From the NCBI RefSeq assembly GCF_964204645.1, contig NC_134036.1:11449859-11513858 (forward strand): 64,000 nucleotides of DNA, in the 5' to 3' direction. The translations under genes and the position numbers were made by a program. The stretch comes from Tubulanus polymorphus (taxonomy: Eukaryota > Animalia > Nemertea). The notes under the pieces were generated by a model. The model was not told where the DNA came from and did no database searches. It saw only the letters and a program-made list of their open reading frames with translations. Every line of letters begins with the position of its first letter. Positions within the stretch are counted from its first letter, which is position 1. Positions 27,501 through 40,825 of this stretch are shown piece after piece.

Positions 27501-28409
27501 ATCAATTTCGTCGAAACTCAATAGTTACGGTAGGTTTTCTTAAGTTTCCCGGATATCATATGAATATCAGCGATAGTCGTTTTAAGTGAAGTGCATGAAA
27601 TCATTCGTAGAAAACACGCAAATAACGTCATTGTAAATCTGATACGAGATATAACTGAGATGAGTGTACAGTACGGTATGAATTTATCAATGATATAATA
27701 TAACGTGGATTAATTGAGACTGCGATGATAAGTGTTCAATTATGCTGGTGGTGTCATCTTTGCTCCATTACTATGGTTATTCTTTATTTACTTCTGACCA
27801 CTTTTTTGGATAATGATCAGTTTTTTTTTCTTTTGGTTGACAAGGGTAACTGTATTTGTGTGGTGTCATTGCCTGAACACTGCTCTGATGTCAGATGTTG
27901 CATGTTACTATCATTGTGTCATGAAGTTATTTCCAGTCAGTAATCGGAAGATCTTCAAAACGGAGAAATGCGTACCAGTACTACTTGCAATCACCAACCG
28001 GACTCTATAACTACACAACACGTCGTTACTTCTGTTCCTTCGTCGCAGAATCAGCCAGAATTCGGGGATCCTTTGCAGATAATTACAATTAACGTATCAT
28101 CGCATTGACCGTATATAACGACAACATGTGACTCTTTCGTGAATGACTAATCATCCGGATGTTACTGTCCAGCGTTTGCACATTTTCGCGCGGTGAAACT
28201 CATTATGCGTTCTCGCAGTGGAAGGAGTTTTAATGAACTTATACCATCTGCGTTTTCCGCAAATTTGGAGGACCAAATTTAATTGGACAAGGGGGCATCT
28301 GTCACCCTGATATAATTTGCATATTTCATAATCATATAGATCTACAATGTCATATCCAACAGTTCATAATATTTCATAGCTTTACTAACTATTAATAATA
28401 ATAATAATG

Positions 28410-28460
<51 letters not shown>

Positions 28461-28836
28461 TAATATAACTTATGACTTTAGTGTCAATATGTGCTTTAAG
28501 GTCGTAATCAACATGTGACATTACTCAACATGTTTTCACGATAATTAGCTATAGTCAGTGATCATCGATAATTAATCAGTGTCTCTCAAACATGTCACTA
28601 GGTGTTTGTTTGTGAGTCCTGATATCTACAACTTGTCTGACACCTAGTTCTCACATTATACTCATGATTCTGTATATAAAGACTATGTAAAGCTATGAAA
28701 ATCATTCTCATTCCGGGATGCAATTAAGATTGTACATATAAGGTTTAACTGCCTTGTTGATGGATGGAATCCTGTACCGCTGGTGTAAATGCTAGTTCCC
28801 CAGCCAGCCTGCCGATAAAACAACCAGCCGGTTACA
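21561..28836 (+). mobile_element. Ty3/Gypsy LTR retrotransposon, degenerate, no gag detected
   Basis: LTRs 21561-22106 and 28300-28836 (TG...CA, internal (AAT)n); 4-bp TSD CAGG; PBS-like TGGCGGAGAACC at 22109; PPT (GGACAAGGGGG) before the 3' LTR; pol order PR-RT-RH-INT. Confidence 0.97.
22563..27543 (+). pseudogene. pol: pol polyprotein (protease, RT, RNase H, integrase, chromodomain-like modules) broken by frameshifts and stops
   Basis: ALVDTGASIS protease; YRFTIDFRKLN, FSKLDLNSGFHQIPL and FIDD RT motifs; DSSDYAIG..KEGLA..YTDSK RNase H; YHDSLVGGCHQG..C..CQ, WHIDF, SDRG and ERTN integrase; GPY motif; KYRVKWK..NSWE chromo-like. Confidence 0.95.
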
Positions 28837-29529
28837 CAGGGACACGTGGAACAAATTACTGTAAAACTGGGCCCTTAATAGAAACCATATATTTGTCGAA
28901 CTGGGAGCAGCTTCAAACCCTCAAGAGTGTGAAATTGGATTTATTGACAGATTAAATCACGTCAATTGTAATCTATGTTACTATAGAGTTGCGATTGACG
29001 ACTGTATTAACTCCTTGGGCTGACGAATATTGGGTCTTACATTGATTCAATGTGATGGATTGTGAGGTGAGTTCAATGAAAAAAAGAAAAAGAAAATTTT
29101 TTGGGCTCAATGCTCAGAACAAAACCTTAATTACCCATTTATATAGGCTGAAATGGTAATGCTAAATGTGAAATAGTCTTAAGATTGAAATATATAATGA
29201 CTGAGTTGGTTCGGACATTTCCAAGTAGGTTTGTAGAGGTCCAACTCAGCGTGACCGATGTCCTCCGATGACAGCGACAGACAAAGAACAACTACAACAC
29301 AAGATGGCCAGACATCGTACCAACTTTATTATCGAAAGCGTCGACCACGCACGCCATGTACCCGGAAGTACTCAACATCAATACAACTTTATTACAATTG
29401 ACCTATTACAACGATAGATGGCGCTTGTATGTAATCAAGCCCACTACATACCCCTCTCCTAAGATCTGGCTCTATTAAAGACAGAGATGACCAAATAAAC
29501 TACAACTGTGTACTCAAAACAACTATTAA

Positions 29530-32500
29530 TAAAACAACTTCAACTTGTCAGCATGCCAAGTCTCAAGACCACGACCAGTTCGAATTCTAAAATCTACACT
29601 ACCAACTCTTTCTTCAACAACTTATGGACCCTTCCACTTAGGAGCTAATTTTGATGCAAAATTCTTTGAAGCATCTGACAAAAAATGAGTCTTAACTTAC
29701 ACCTTGTCACCCACTTTAATATCTACATTTCGACGTTTCTTATCATAGCCTTGTTTTCTTAACTGAGCTTGGGCTGACATTCGCGAAATAGCTAACTTTA
29801 CACGCTTCCGGTCTGCGGCAACTTTATATTTACAAAAACGCTTCAAGGACTCAGCGACCGGAACTAAAGCTGGATCCTTACGATTAACACGATTAATAAC
29901 AGGATGAAACAACTCTCGAGACAGAGCGAGCACCGCCGGACTATATCCGGTACTGTTATTTTCAACGGAGTTGATCGCGAACCTAAACTCTGCTAAGTGC
30001 ACGTCCCAACCCCTACGATCACTCCCATTCTCCCAAACTGAACAGGATAACATAGATTTCAAATCTCGATTAAGCCTTCCCACCCAATTACACTGAGGGT
30101 GGTACGGTGTACAGTGGATTAACGATACTCCCCAATGACTACACGCAGCCTTCAAAAACTTCGAAACAAACTGGGAACCGTTGTCAGTTAACAACCGTGA
30201 TGGTGGACCGAACCTGGTAAACACATCCCTCACGAGACATATGGCTACTTCTTTCCCAGTTGCTCTTTTTTAAGGGAAAAACTCGACCCACTTAGAGAAA
30301 TGATCTCGTGCAAGTAAAATATATTTATGACCTGAATATGACTCCGGCAAGGGACCGACGAGATCAGCCACCACCAATTCCCAGGGCGAGTTTGAAACTA
30401 CAGACTCCATAAACCCAGCAGGTTTTCTATACTGAGGCTTAATTTTTCGACAAACCTCGCGGCCTCTGACATAATTACGTATATCTTGTCCTACACCGAT
30501 CCAATAGAAAAACTTGAGAACTCTCAACATTGTCTTTTTTCTACCGAAATGACCAGCCGTGGGGCAATCATGCATCTCCCTCACTACATGATACCTCAAA
30601 ATATCAGGTACTACAACTTGTCTACCTGACTCCGTTATTCTATAAAGATATTGCTCAAAAACAGTTTTTGGAAAAATTCTTCAGCTTAGGAGATGCATGG
30701 TCGCCCTCACCATCTTGCAAATACTTTATGACCGAGCCCAAAAAAGGATCATCCAGTTGTAGCTGGGCTAACTGATCCATTCCAGCAATTGGAAGATCAA
30801 TAATAGGAAGTGGGACCCGATCCAGAGGATCAGCATCTCGTTTCTCGAGAAGACAATTCTTGCAATTAAAATCTAAATTCTCGGCCTACTCTGGATCGAC
30901 TCCTACACAAACATCATAATACCAATATTTACAAACATCGCACTGGATCCAATCTATCAAATCTAAGGTAGGTTTAATACAATTATTGTCCTGACAAATA
31001 TCATCACCGAATTCTACATTAATAACACCAACCGACAAAACCGGATCGAACCTAGGATCCCTACTTAACGCATCAGGCACGACGTGGAGTTTTCCTTTTC
31101 TATACCTTATTTCGAAATCGAAATCCTGAACACGCAGTACCCAACGATAAAGCCGGGGCGATAAATTAGTCTTTGTAGTGAAAATCCACGTCAACGCCTG
31201 ATGGTCAGTTACAACAGTAATGTGTCGCCCTTCAACTAGGGGTCGCCACTTTTCTAAGGCCCAAACGACCGCTAATATTTCTCTTTCTGTCGTACTATAG
31301 TTGCGCTCGGCAGAATTTTATGTTCTACTACTAAAACCGATTGGCTTAAGGACTCCATCTTGAACCTGGTTCAGAGAAGCACCCAGACCCACCCCACTCG
31401 CATCAGTATGTAATTCAAAATCAGCATCCGGATCCGGATGAGTTAAGCAAGGGGCGGAGCAGATAAGGTCCTTAAGCCTGAGAAATGCACCTTCGCATTC
31501 AGTTGACCAACACCAACTAATTTCCTTTCTACGTAACTGAAAAAGCGGTTCAGCTATGGTGGAACAATTTGGAATAAATTTGGAAAACCAACCCACCATT
31601 CCAAGGAAACGATCTAACTGTCGACGATTCGTAGGAGCAGTATATTCCACGATAGCCTGAACCTTTTCCGGCCCAGCGGAAATACCGATTTCAGATACCC
31701 CGTGACTACATACACTGTATCGGTCACAAAAAAATCTACTCTTTTCTAGACTTGCAGTAAGACCTGCCTCTCTCATACATTGTAACACTATTCTTAAATG
31801 CTCAAAGTGCTCCTCCCATGCGAGGGAATAAATAATGATGTCGTCAAATTCGACCTCGCAAAATTTTCCGAGGCACCCGTGCTTTCTCAAAACCTTTTCC
31901 ATGAGGCGCTGGAAGGTGGCAGGTCCATTTTTTACACCAAGGGGTAATACCTTGAATTGATACAGGTTCTCCCCCAAGGAGAAAGCGGTTAACTCTCTGT
32001 CTTCTTTCCGTAATGGCACCTGCCAAAATCCAGACTTCATGTCAAGCTTTGAGAAAACCCGGGCACCGTGCAAACGCGAAAGAATATCGTCGAGCTTTTT
32101 CATCGGATACGCATCCAATTTAGTTTTCGCATTTAACTTTCGGTAGTCGACGCACATACGAAATTTTCCGTTAGGTTTCGGAACGATAACGATCGGACTC
32201 CGCCATGGTGATTTAGATTCTTCAATTACGCCGCTGCGTAACATTTCCGGAATCTGTTCTTCGGCTGCTCGACGTTTCGCAGGAGACAGATTATACGGTT
32301 TCTGCCTGACCGGGGTGTTGTCGTCCAAAACGATCTCGTGTTGTAAGACACGAGTTCTTCCCGGAGAATCGCTAATAACGTCAGGAAATTCGCTCAATAT
32401 CGCTTCAACGGCCTCGTGGCATTCAACGTCGGTAAACGGCTCAGCATCACGCGAATTCACGTCGGGCTGTTGATCCTCGAACTCGAGTTGTTGGGAACGA

Positions 32501-33663
32501 CGAATCTCAGTACCCAACAACGGCCACTTAATAACAGGGCGAGATGTGGAGATCCAATAATCTCCTGCGGCGAAATCCACCGTCAATCCAGCTCTGTAGA
32601 TAAAGTCTCTGCCAATCAAAACCGGAGTTGACATCGACTCCACGACGACACATTCCACACTCAGCGTCAGGCCACAGCAACCAATGTCGAGCATGACGAC
32701 ACCCGACGGCGAGAAGGTGGAACCTTCAAACCATTGCAGAATGGTTTCGTTACGTTTCACTGGCTTTACGCACAGTTTTTTACACAAATCTTCGGTTACT
32801 AACGTTACCGAAGCACCCGAATCCACCAAACCATGCATTGTCGAAGTATTAACTTGAAGTTCGATTAATGGCCCTGGATCGGAAAACGACTTGTCCGGAA
32901 CAAATTCACGCGCGTTCGCTCTTAAGGACGACGGACGATTCCCTCCAACGGTAACAAATTTTACCTCTTTGCGAACTGTTTCATCACGACGATTCGGTTC
33001 GTGACGATTTCGTTCACTACGTTTCGGGCAATCACGACGTTTGTGCCCTAATTCACCGCAGTTGTAGCACGCATCGTTGTAACGATGAGAAACGCTAGGT
33101 CGTTTCTCCCAGCTACCCTGACGATCTCGATCTCTCGACGGTTTGTGTTCGAATTTCGAATCGAACCTTTTCCCTTCAATTTCCTTCTCCTCGCGAAGTA
33201 ATTTCTTTTGAGTTGCGTAATCGTCAGCGAACATAGCGAGTTCACTCAATTCATCTCGCTCTGAAAGTTTCATTCGAAGAGTTTCATCTTGAAGATTGGA
33301 CAAAAACTGATCGGAAACAAGTCTATCCTGAATTCTGACATATTCCGAATTTTCCAGTAGCGAATCTGACGGCGTCAACCAATATCTGGCATATTCTTCC
33401 AATCGCGCAACGAAATCTACGAACGTTTCGGAGTGACTTTTCGTTTCTCTACGGAACTTCAGACGATACGCGGATGGTGTCAGTCGATATCTGACAAATA
33501 TCGCATCCTTCACAGTTTTGTATACCTTTCTATCAGCATCAGCTCTCGAAAAATACGCCTGCTGCGCCGGACCGGTCAGATACGGTTCCAACACGCTCGT
33601 TAAATCGCTCGAGGCAATTCTGTATCTATTCGCCAAATTCTCAAATATACGGTCACTTTTCAA
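29530..33663 (-). pseudogene. gag-pol: gag-pol polyprotein (Gag with CCHC knuckle, protease, RT, RNase H, PHD finger, integrase) with in-frame stops
   Basis: CYNCGELGHKRRDC knuckle; LVDSGAS protease; RMCVDYRKLN, LDMKSGFWQV and FDDII RT; TDASGVGLG RNase H; HDCPTAGHFG, TDNGSQF and RLNR integrase. Confidence 0.95.
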
Positions 33664-34124
33664 TAGTTGACTTTTAGAAACGATGCGTTTTGAGAGTAGC
33701 TGCTATGGTAGGAGTTACTATCACTAAGTCACTGTTAACAGGCGGGTGGTTTTACAGTCACCTCTACTGCTAGTGTGCACTATCGAAACCAGATGTTTCA
33801 AAATGGTCACTTTCCAATAGTAGACTCTTCGAAACAGCCACTATAGAAAACCAACCGAATTGAAAGGAATACTATTCCAGAGTGACTGTTTTGAAATGTA
33901 TACTACTGGAAAAGTAGCTGATATCGTTAATTGCTTATTGTTCTCAAGTGGCTACTAAGTAAAAGTAGACGTTTGGGCTCAATAGTGAGATAGACATGTT
34001 CTTGGATTCAGCCTTTCAAATGGTTCACCTCACGAAGGGTTGTGAGATAGTCGTTCGTGTAACGACGCAATCCGGAAGCAACTTCTTCCTTCCGTGACAT
34101 CTTCAGCGACGCTGATGTCACCAA

Positions 34125-34495
34125 CCGAACGAAACAACGATTAAAAGCGCATAACCGTTTAAAAAGAACCAACGATTAAAGGGGTAATCATTAAAACATC
34201 ACCGTTAAAACGAACCGACGATTATAAGGGTATAACCATCAAATCACGACAAATGTCACCGTTAAATCGAACCAACGATTAAAGGAGTAATCGTTAAAAC
34301 ATCACCGTTAAAACGAACCGACGATTATAAGGGTATAACCATCAAATCACGACAAATGTCACCGTTAAAACGAACCAACGATTAAAGGAGTAATCGTTAA
34401 ACATCACCGTTAAAACGAACAGATGATTATAAGGGTATAACCATCAAATGTCAGCGTTAAAACGAACCAACGTTTGAAGGAGTAATCGTTAACGA
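34125..34495. repeat. Imperfect ~45-55-bp tandem repeats in the leader of the minus-strand Gypsy element
   Basis: CACCGTTAAAACGAACC.ACGATTA recurs about 7 times in two alternating variants. Confidence 0.85.
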
Positions 34496-35242
34496 AAGGC
34501 GTGGCCAGTCCACGTGCGACTGAACTGGTCGTTTCGAAAACGCAAAAAAACCATGTCCACTTCGATAATTACCACGTTGGGCGCCAATTTTGTAGAGGTC
34601 CTTCTCAGCGTGACCGATGTCCTCCGATGACAGCGACAGACAAAGAACAACTACAACACACGATGACCAGACATCGTACCAACTTTATTATCGAAAGCGT
34701 CGACCACGCACGCCATGTACCCGGAAGTACTCAACATCAATACAACTTTATTACAATTGACCTATTACAACGATAGATGGCGCTTGTATGTAATCAAGCC
34801 CACTACAGGTTTGCCTTTAGCACACACATCTTTGGTATGAATTTGATTTTTTCATATTTCTTTTTGGCGGGCGGCGGGTTACGGGGCCTTCTGCTGAGGA
34901 TGCGTAACTCAAGATGTGCCTTACATTCACTCGCACATATGGCTTATCAATTGCTAAAGGTCGAACTTGTGGGCTGAGAACTCATGGCAAATGCAAGCTA
35001 GCTCCCCAACTATATATCATATATTGAACGCATTCCATATTAAACCGCTTGCTGAAATTTGGTATCGAGTTACTTAAATTGTACCAGGATGTCATCATCG
35101 GGAACATATGAGCAAATAGTGTAATGAAAGATATGAAATCAATACGACGTCCTTTCTATATTTATATTCATATTTGCATTCACACTCAGACGATCCATCA
35201 CAATAGCATCAGCACTGGTGATGAAACCTCAAGTAAGTAACG

Positions 35243-37612
35243 CGGTTCCTGAACTTCGCTGAAAAAGCTGAAACACTGAAAAGCTGAAACGCTGAAATAA
35301 AAACGCTGAAATTTCAGGGAATTTCCGAAAAACGCCGAAATTTCAGGGAATTCCCGAAAAACGCTGAAATCGTGCTAGGTACCGACAATACACTTTTTGA
35401 AATGTTTTCCGGGCCGTCGTCCGCTGACGAGTCCTGAACCGTGTTTTATGCTCTACCTTCGGTTACAGAGACATGCCTTAAGGTCGTCGTCATGATCGAC
35501 TTGATCGATTGCGGATTGCGTGGATTGTTAGATGTGTTTTTTGCCATAGTTTTATGTGCATATACCGGTACGATCTAACAATGAAGTTATCACTTCATTT
35601 GAATAAATTCTTAATCACAGTAATATTAATTCACAATATTTTTTCTTATGTTTGGTGATTTCTTGCAACTTATCATTGCCAAGTCTCATACAAGTAGTAG
35701 CTGAATGAAAGTACAGTTAGGCTGAACCTGATAACCCAAATTAAGTGCTAGCATGGAACTAATGATTATTTTGATTCTATTTTCGGTGTCATTGAAATTC
35801 GTTAATAAAGGTTCAACCGTCATAGTATACTGTACTTAGCATTGCTACAATTGGGTGCCATATTTCTACAATTTCTACAAGGAGGAAGGAATCTTTAAGT
35901 GTCTTTGTTCCCGGGTGGGGTACGGGGTAAAACCTGGTTTACTTTCGACTTGCCGGAGACTACTATCTGCAATGTATTGCATGCTTTGATGTGTCTGGCC
36001 TATAGGAGTCGACCGATATTTTTTCCCATACACAGGCATGGCTTTAGTGTAGATGAAGGCTAGGCACTGCACATTGTGGATTGACTGGAACTCTTAACTC
36101 ACAAAATTAAACGAGTCAACAAGAAAGATCCAATAATTGGACATTTGTCTAACTATATTATTTAACAGCTTGAAATAATACATAACACATTCTGCAAGAG
36201 TATACAAAGGAAATCAGTTCTTACATTATATCAGAATCAATAGTTCGCTTAACTCTGGCTAGAATTCTGGTTCCATTGCTTCATATTCTAATGAAATCCA
36301 CTAGTATACCTTAGAATATCGCTTAGCTTAAGACTAAAAATTTGGTACCAGGAAACAGGGAAGAAAAGTGGGTGTACTGTACATCCGCAATTGACTTATT
36401 TCTCTCTGGTTGAATCAAGTTATTATTGAAATAGCATTCGAATAGCCATTTTATTTTTAAAAATTGTGTCGTTCAGCTATCCTGCTGCAAATTTCGCAGT
36501 TGAAGTTTACTGGTGCCATCTGATTTCTCAGTATCTCAAAAAATTTGCACATTCTAAGCCTGAATCTAAAAATAGAAAAAGGTGCATTTTAGTCGGATAT
36601 AAAAGAATAGTGGCTAATACACCCTGGACTATATAGCCTATGGGGTGGGCCTAGTTTGAAAGCACTGAGGTCCGAGAGAACAGCACTTAGTAAATAAATA
36701 CTGAAATTAAACTTACAAAACACCCAGTACTTGAGATGATGTACTTGACAAGAAGTGTCACCAGCTAAGCAAATCAACTTTGTCTATGACTCCTCCTTTT
36801 ATAGATTCAGTAGTAGTCTAAAAATAAGAATGGGTTCATTTTTCTAACAGTTGGTATGTCATTTCTTCAAAAAAACTAATTATTATCACGCCACAGCAAA
36901 TAAATTATTCACAGTTGTTGAATGGTTAGCCCGATTTAGATTAATTGGTTGACGCTAATCAGTATGACCCATACGTAGGGGCCTACTGCATGCCATTGGC
37001 GTCAATCCATTCCATTCCATTCCACAGTGAATTAAAAAGAAATTTAGTTAGATCCCTTTTGTCCAAAAGCTGCATCATTTATATAACTAGCTGTCAAATT
37101 TAATTTACCTCCTTCAGAGAATACCATAGTGACATAGTCCGTCGCCCATCAACGTGTTGACAAAAGCAAAGTTGCTCCATGTTTTATACATGAACGTTCA
37201 AATAAGATATTTTGCGTCTTGCAGGGAATATTGAGCATAGTGTTTAAGTTGGCTTGCACGGTTTGTGTATGGGTTTTCCTCATTATGCTGCCTGTATGCA
37301 TTAAAAATCCGGATTTCAAGCGAATTAATTTGTCCAACAAGTGGCCCTCTAGAAGTATACTCCACACATACTGTCCATGCGTGTCTCTGTAACCGAAGGT
37401 AGAGACTAAAACACGGTTCAGGACTCGGCAGCGGACACCGGCCCGGAAAATATTTCAAAACGTGTATTGTTGGTACCTAGCACGATTTCAGCGTTTTTCG
37501 GGAATTCCCTGAAATTTCGGCGTTTTTCGGAAATTCCCTGAAATTTCAGCGTTTTTATTTCAGCGTTTCAGCGTTTCAGTGATTCAGCTTTTTCAGCGAA
37601 GTTCAGGAACCG
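35243..37612. mobile_element. Mutator/MULE-like non-autonomous DNA transposon
   Basis: ~230-bp TIRs starting CGGTTCCTGAACTTCGCTGAAAAAGCTG with GCTGAAA subrepeats; 9-bp TSD TAAGTAACG (35234-35242 / 37613-37621); no transposase ORF. Confidence 0.92.
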
Positions 37613-39764
37613 TAAGTAACGGATGGGGTGGTAACAATAGCTAGACATGCAATCATAAATGGTGCATTTAATAGGAATATTGTATATCGTATGGTATTTT
37701 GGTCAAATGACAATTTATACAATATAGTGTATATGATTTCTTAGATTAGAACAAATCTCATATTGTGTTACCTACAATATAAAACAGCGTATTTCAAATC
37801 AATGGCTTCTCGCTATATGGGTAAGAAAATAAAACTCTTTTTGACAAACATACGCTGGGACATTTGAGTTGGCTGATTGGAAAATAGTTTAGAAAATTAA
37901 TGAACTCGAAATGAACATTTCATTTTCGGTCATTTAATCATGCTCCGTTTCCTAAGGGTTTCGGCGTAAGGGTATTACATCGTTTCTTATCGTAACGATA
38001 CTTCATCCATCCCCCCTCAGTATTTGAGTCGGGAAGCCTTAGAGGCGCTAGTTTATTGCAGTCACCTGGGTCCAGTTCCACGGTTCGGAGTTATGATTTG
38101 ACCCTGAGTTAATTCATTGAAAATGAACTAATTTTAACTCAGAGTTAACTCCAACTCACAACTGTGGAACTTGGTCGTGGGCGATAGTACGGTATATATT
38201 GTTTTTGCAATCACACCTTGCAACCACGACGTTGCATTACATCAGTTCAACGTAAATTTTGTAATGAGTTTTGTTAAGCTTACATTAAAATTTCCATCAT
38301 ATAGAATCTAGAAAGGCTTGGTTTATATGACTGCACTAGGTGGCATAATTGACACGTCGTTAAACAATTTGCCGTTAGATCAAAGTCAGTATAGTTATAT
38401 CTAGTCACTTGTTGCATTGAAAGCGGCTTTCGGCTCGATGAACAATCATCGTACCAGTCACCTGTTACACTCGAGGTTCATGAAACTGAAAATTCTGTGC
38501 GTGAACTATCATCCTGAATTGATGAGCAAATACTTGTCTACCAGTCACCTGTTGCACTTGAGGTTGTGGTTACTGAAATTTCAGCTCGCTGAACAATCAT
38601 TGTTAATCGATGAGCAGATGAGCAAAATACGTGAATTCCACGGACTGACGGAATCAATACTGATTCTTAACTATGGAACTTGAAAGGTTTCTGGAATTTA
38701 TCAAATTAAAATGCCCGATTGATCTTGATGTTGAGGCGCACATGAGCAGCGAGTAAAACTGAAATACATGTATCAAACTTCTAACAGCGTCGTCGTCGTC
38801 GTCGATATCAATGCATACTCGAAATTTAATTGCAAGTTCACCTAACCTTTATTGTACCTTTTGTGCGATTGTATAAATAGGTATACATTCCATACGAATT
38901 CCTTTTAGGAGGGGTTTCAGGCTGTCTGGCGCCTTTGCATATGCAACTTAGTTTTGGCTTCAGTAACCTTCCTATAAATAGCAATTACATGTAGAACAAC
39001 AACTTTAGTAAACGGAATCAAAAACGCAACACGTGACTAAATATTTTTTTGCTGAAATCTATGCAACGGTTAATTGTTCGATGACGTGTCACTGATCATA
39101 CCGTCTAGTATTTCTAGTATAATCCAAGATTTCAAAAGATGGATATTTTAAATTCTGCATAAAATTCATGACCCATTTCTGTTTTATAACAGTGGTTAGG
39201 TGATCTCCAAATTTCAATCAATCATTGCAGAACGCAACGATAATGCAAACTGGGGAATTTATTTCAATCAAACGTGCTTTAATGACAAAAAAATCAATTT
39301 CAATGGTTATCTGTAATACAAACATACATCTAAACAATACATATAAAAGCTCATCATACATGAAAACAAGATAAGACACAGAATGCCAGAGATACCGCAG
39401 AATGTCACCTGACTATAAAATGTTCAGTGAATGCCATTCAATGGACTTCAAATCTAATGTAACAAACCAATATTCACAAAATTAGTCATTGCTTTTATCA
39501 TCACTAAAATGGTGATACTAATTTCGACGAAACCAGTTTCATTATTACGGCATTCGAACCAGCAATAAAAACAATCCGTAATCGCTGCTTCGCACGACGA
39601 GTATTGTAAGCTTTTGTTTTGTCTGAAGCAGACTTATTCTAAACCTGGCACGTGATCTGACAAAAATTCATTCCCTGAAAGCCATATAAAATGACTTTTT
39701 GTATGGCTATAATTTAGGATCTTCCGAAATTGCTAATATCTTTTCAATCGGATTCTAGACGGAA

Positions 39765-40290
39765 ATGCTTGCAAATCTGATTTATCGTATATGTGCTATT
39801 ATTGTGATTGTGGTCAACGCTGCGCCATTTGCAGAGTCAGTAGTTGGTGAGTAACATGATACATAATTTCAAAATAGCTCGTGAATACTATAAATTTAAG
39901 TCGCACTAAGCAGTTATTTACTGATTCAACAGATTAATTTTACGAGTTTCATTTCATAGATTGTATTATGTAATTTGTTATATTCTGACCAATATCAATC
40001 TAATTGACACGCAATATTGTTTTTATACACACGAATTTCCCAAACTCGGCTTAGAGACGTTGTTGACGTGACAAGGGGTAGTTATGATGATCATTATCGT
40101 CGGCATCGGTTCTACATCAGGGGAGGGGTTCAATTATTTCTTCTCTATAAGTAAAACATATGTTTCACTCCAAATTTTCATTTTGTTTCTTATGCTTTTA
40201 GCAAATACCAGGTGTTGGGGAAAGCTTGTAGAATGTTTCTATAACGAGGACTGTTGCAGCAGCAAATGTAAAGGCCAATTTTGTTCATAA
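39765..40290 (+). CDS. Secreted inhibitor-cystine-knot (conotoxin/nemertide-like framework) peptide, spliced; paralog A
   Basis: Exon 39765-39846 encodes MLANLIYRICAIIVIVVNAAPFAESVV (signal-like) and ends at a GTGAGT donor. Exon 40202-40290 follows a TTTTAG acceptor, is phase-compatible, and encodes ANTRCWGKLVECFYNEDCCSSKCKGQFCS*. TATA-like box at ~39684; AATAAA at ~40440. A short middle exon near 40056-40076 is possible. Confidence 0.8.
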
Positions 40291-40825
40291 GCGTTTGGTG
40301 ACAATGGTTTATAATCGGATATAATTGTGGCAGTTTTGGAAATATCTGATTGTGAAACTCTCGGTGTAGGTTAGCAAAAAGCTCGAATTTAATTCATATT
40401 TTAAACTCAATTGTAAAATCTCGTGTTGAAATAAGATTCAATAAAAGCGTCGGTAAATAAATCAAAGAACGTGTTTTCACCTGTTTAGGAATCGTGGATG
40501 AAGATTGTAATGTGATCAATTATAGGATGCGCCGTGGGGAATCCTATTTCAAGGAAAAAATAATATGACCGTCACTGGTTTCTATAAATACATGCGCAGA
40601 CTTAAGGAACAGAGAGTTGTCACTGAAGCAAGTTGCACACACTACTCGAGCAACTCATTGGTTCACAAAATATCCGAGTAGAATTGGTGTTCTCTTGGTT
40701 TAGGGGTTTTGAAGATTAGGTTCCTACATTTAGGTGAACGCTAGATAATTAGGTCTAATTCTAATCTAATTTATTTTTGGATTAAACTTTGAATCCAGCT
40801 CCATATTTTCGTGAGTTACATTTGA

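Larger units (their letters stand above)
29232..34807 (-). mobile_element. Ty3/Gypsy LTR retrotransposon, degenerate
   Basis: 217-bp LTRs at 29232-29448 and 34591-34807 (4 mismatches by manual count); 4-bp TSD GGTT; tRNA-Lys PBS TGGCGCCCAACGTGG at 34586-34572; PPT AGGAGAGGGG next to the 3' LTR. Confidence 0.97.

Noticed and set aside
35415-35470. Hammerhead ribozyme (CTGACGAG core)
   Set aside because: No matching GAAA and stems; the sequence is part of the MULE TIR.
40084-40201. N-terminal part of the listed 68-aa ORF as the knottin's signal peptide
   Set aside because: The homologous region of paralog B is not open, and both genes have a matching upstream signal exon with a GTGAGT donor, so this stretch is more likely intron.
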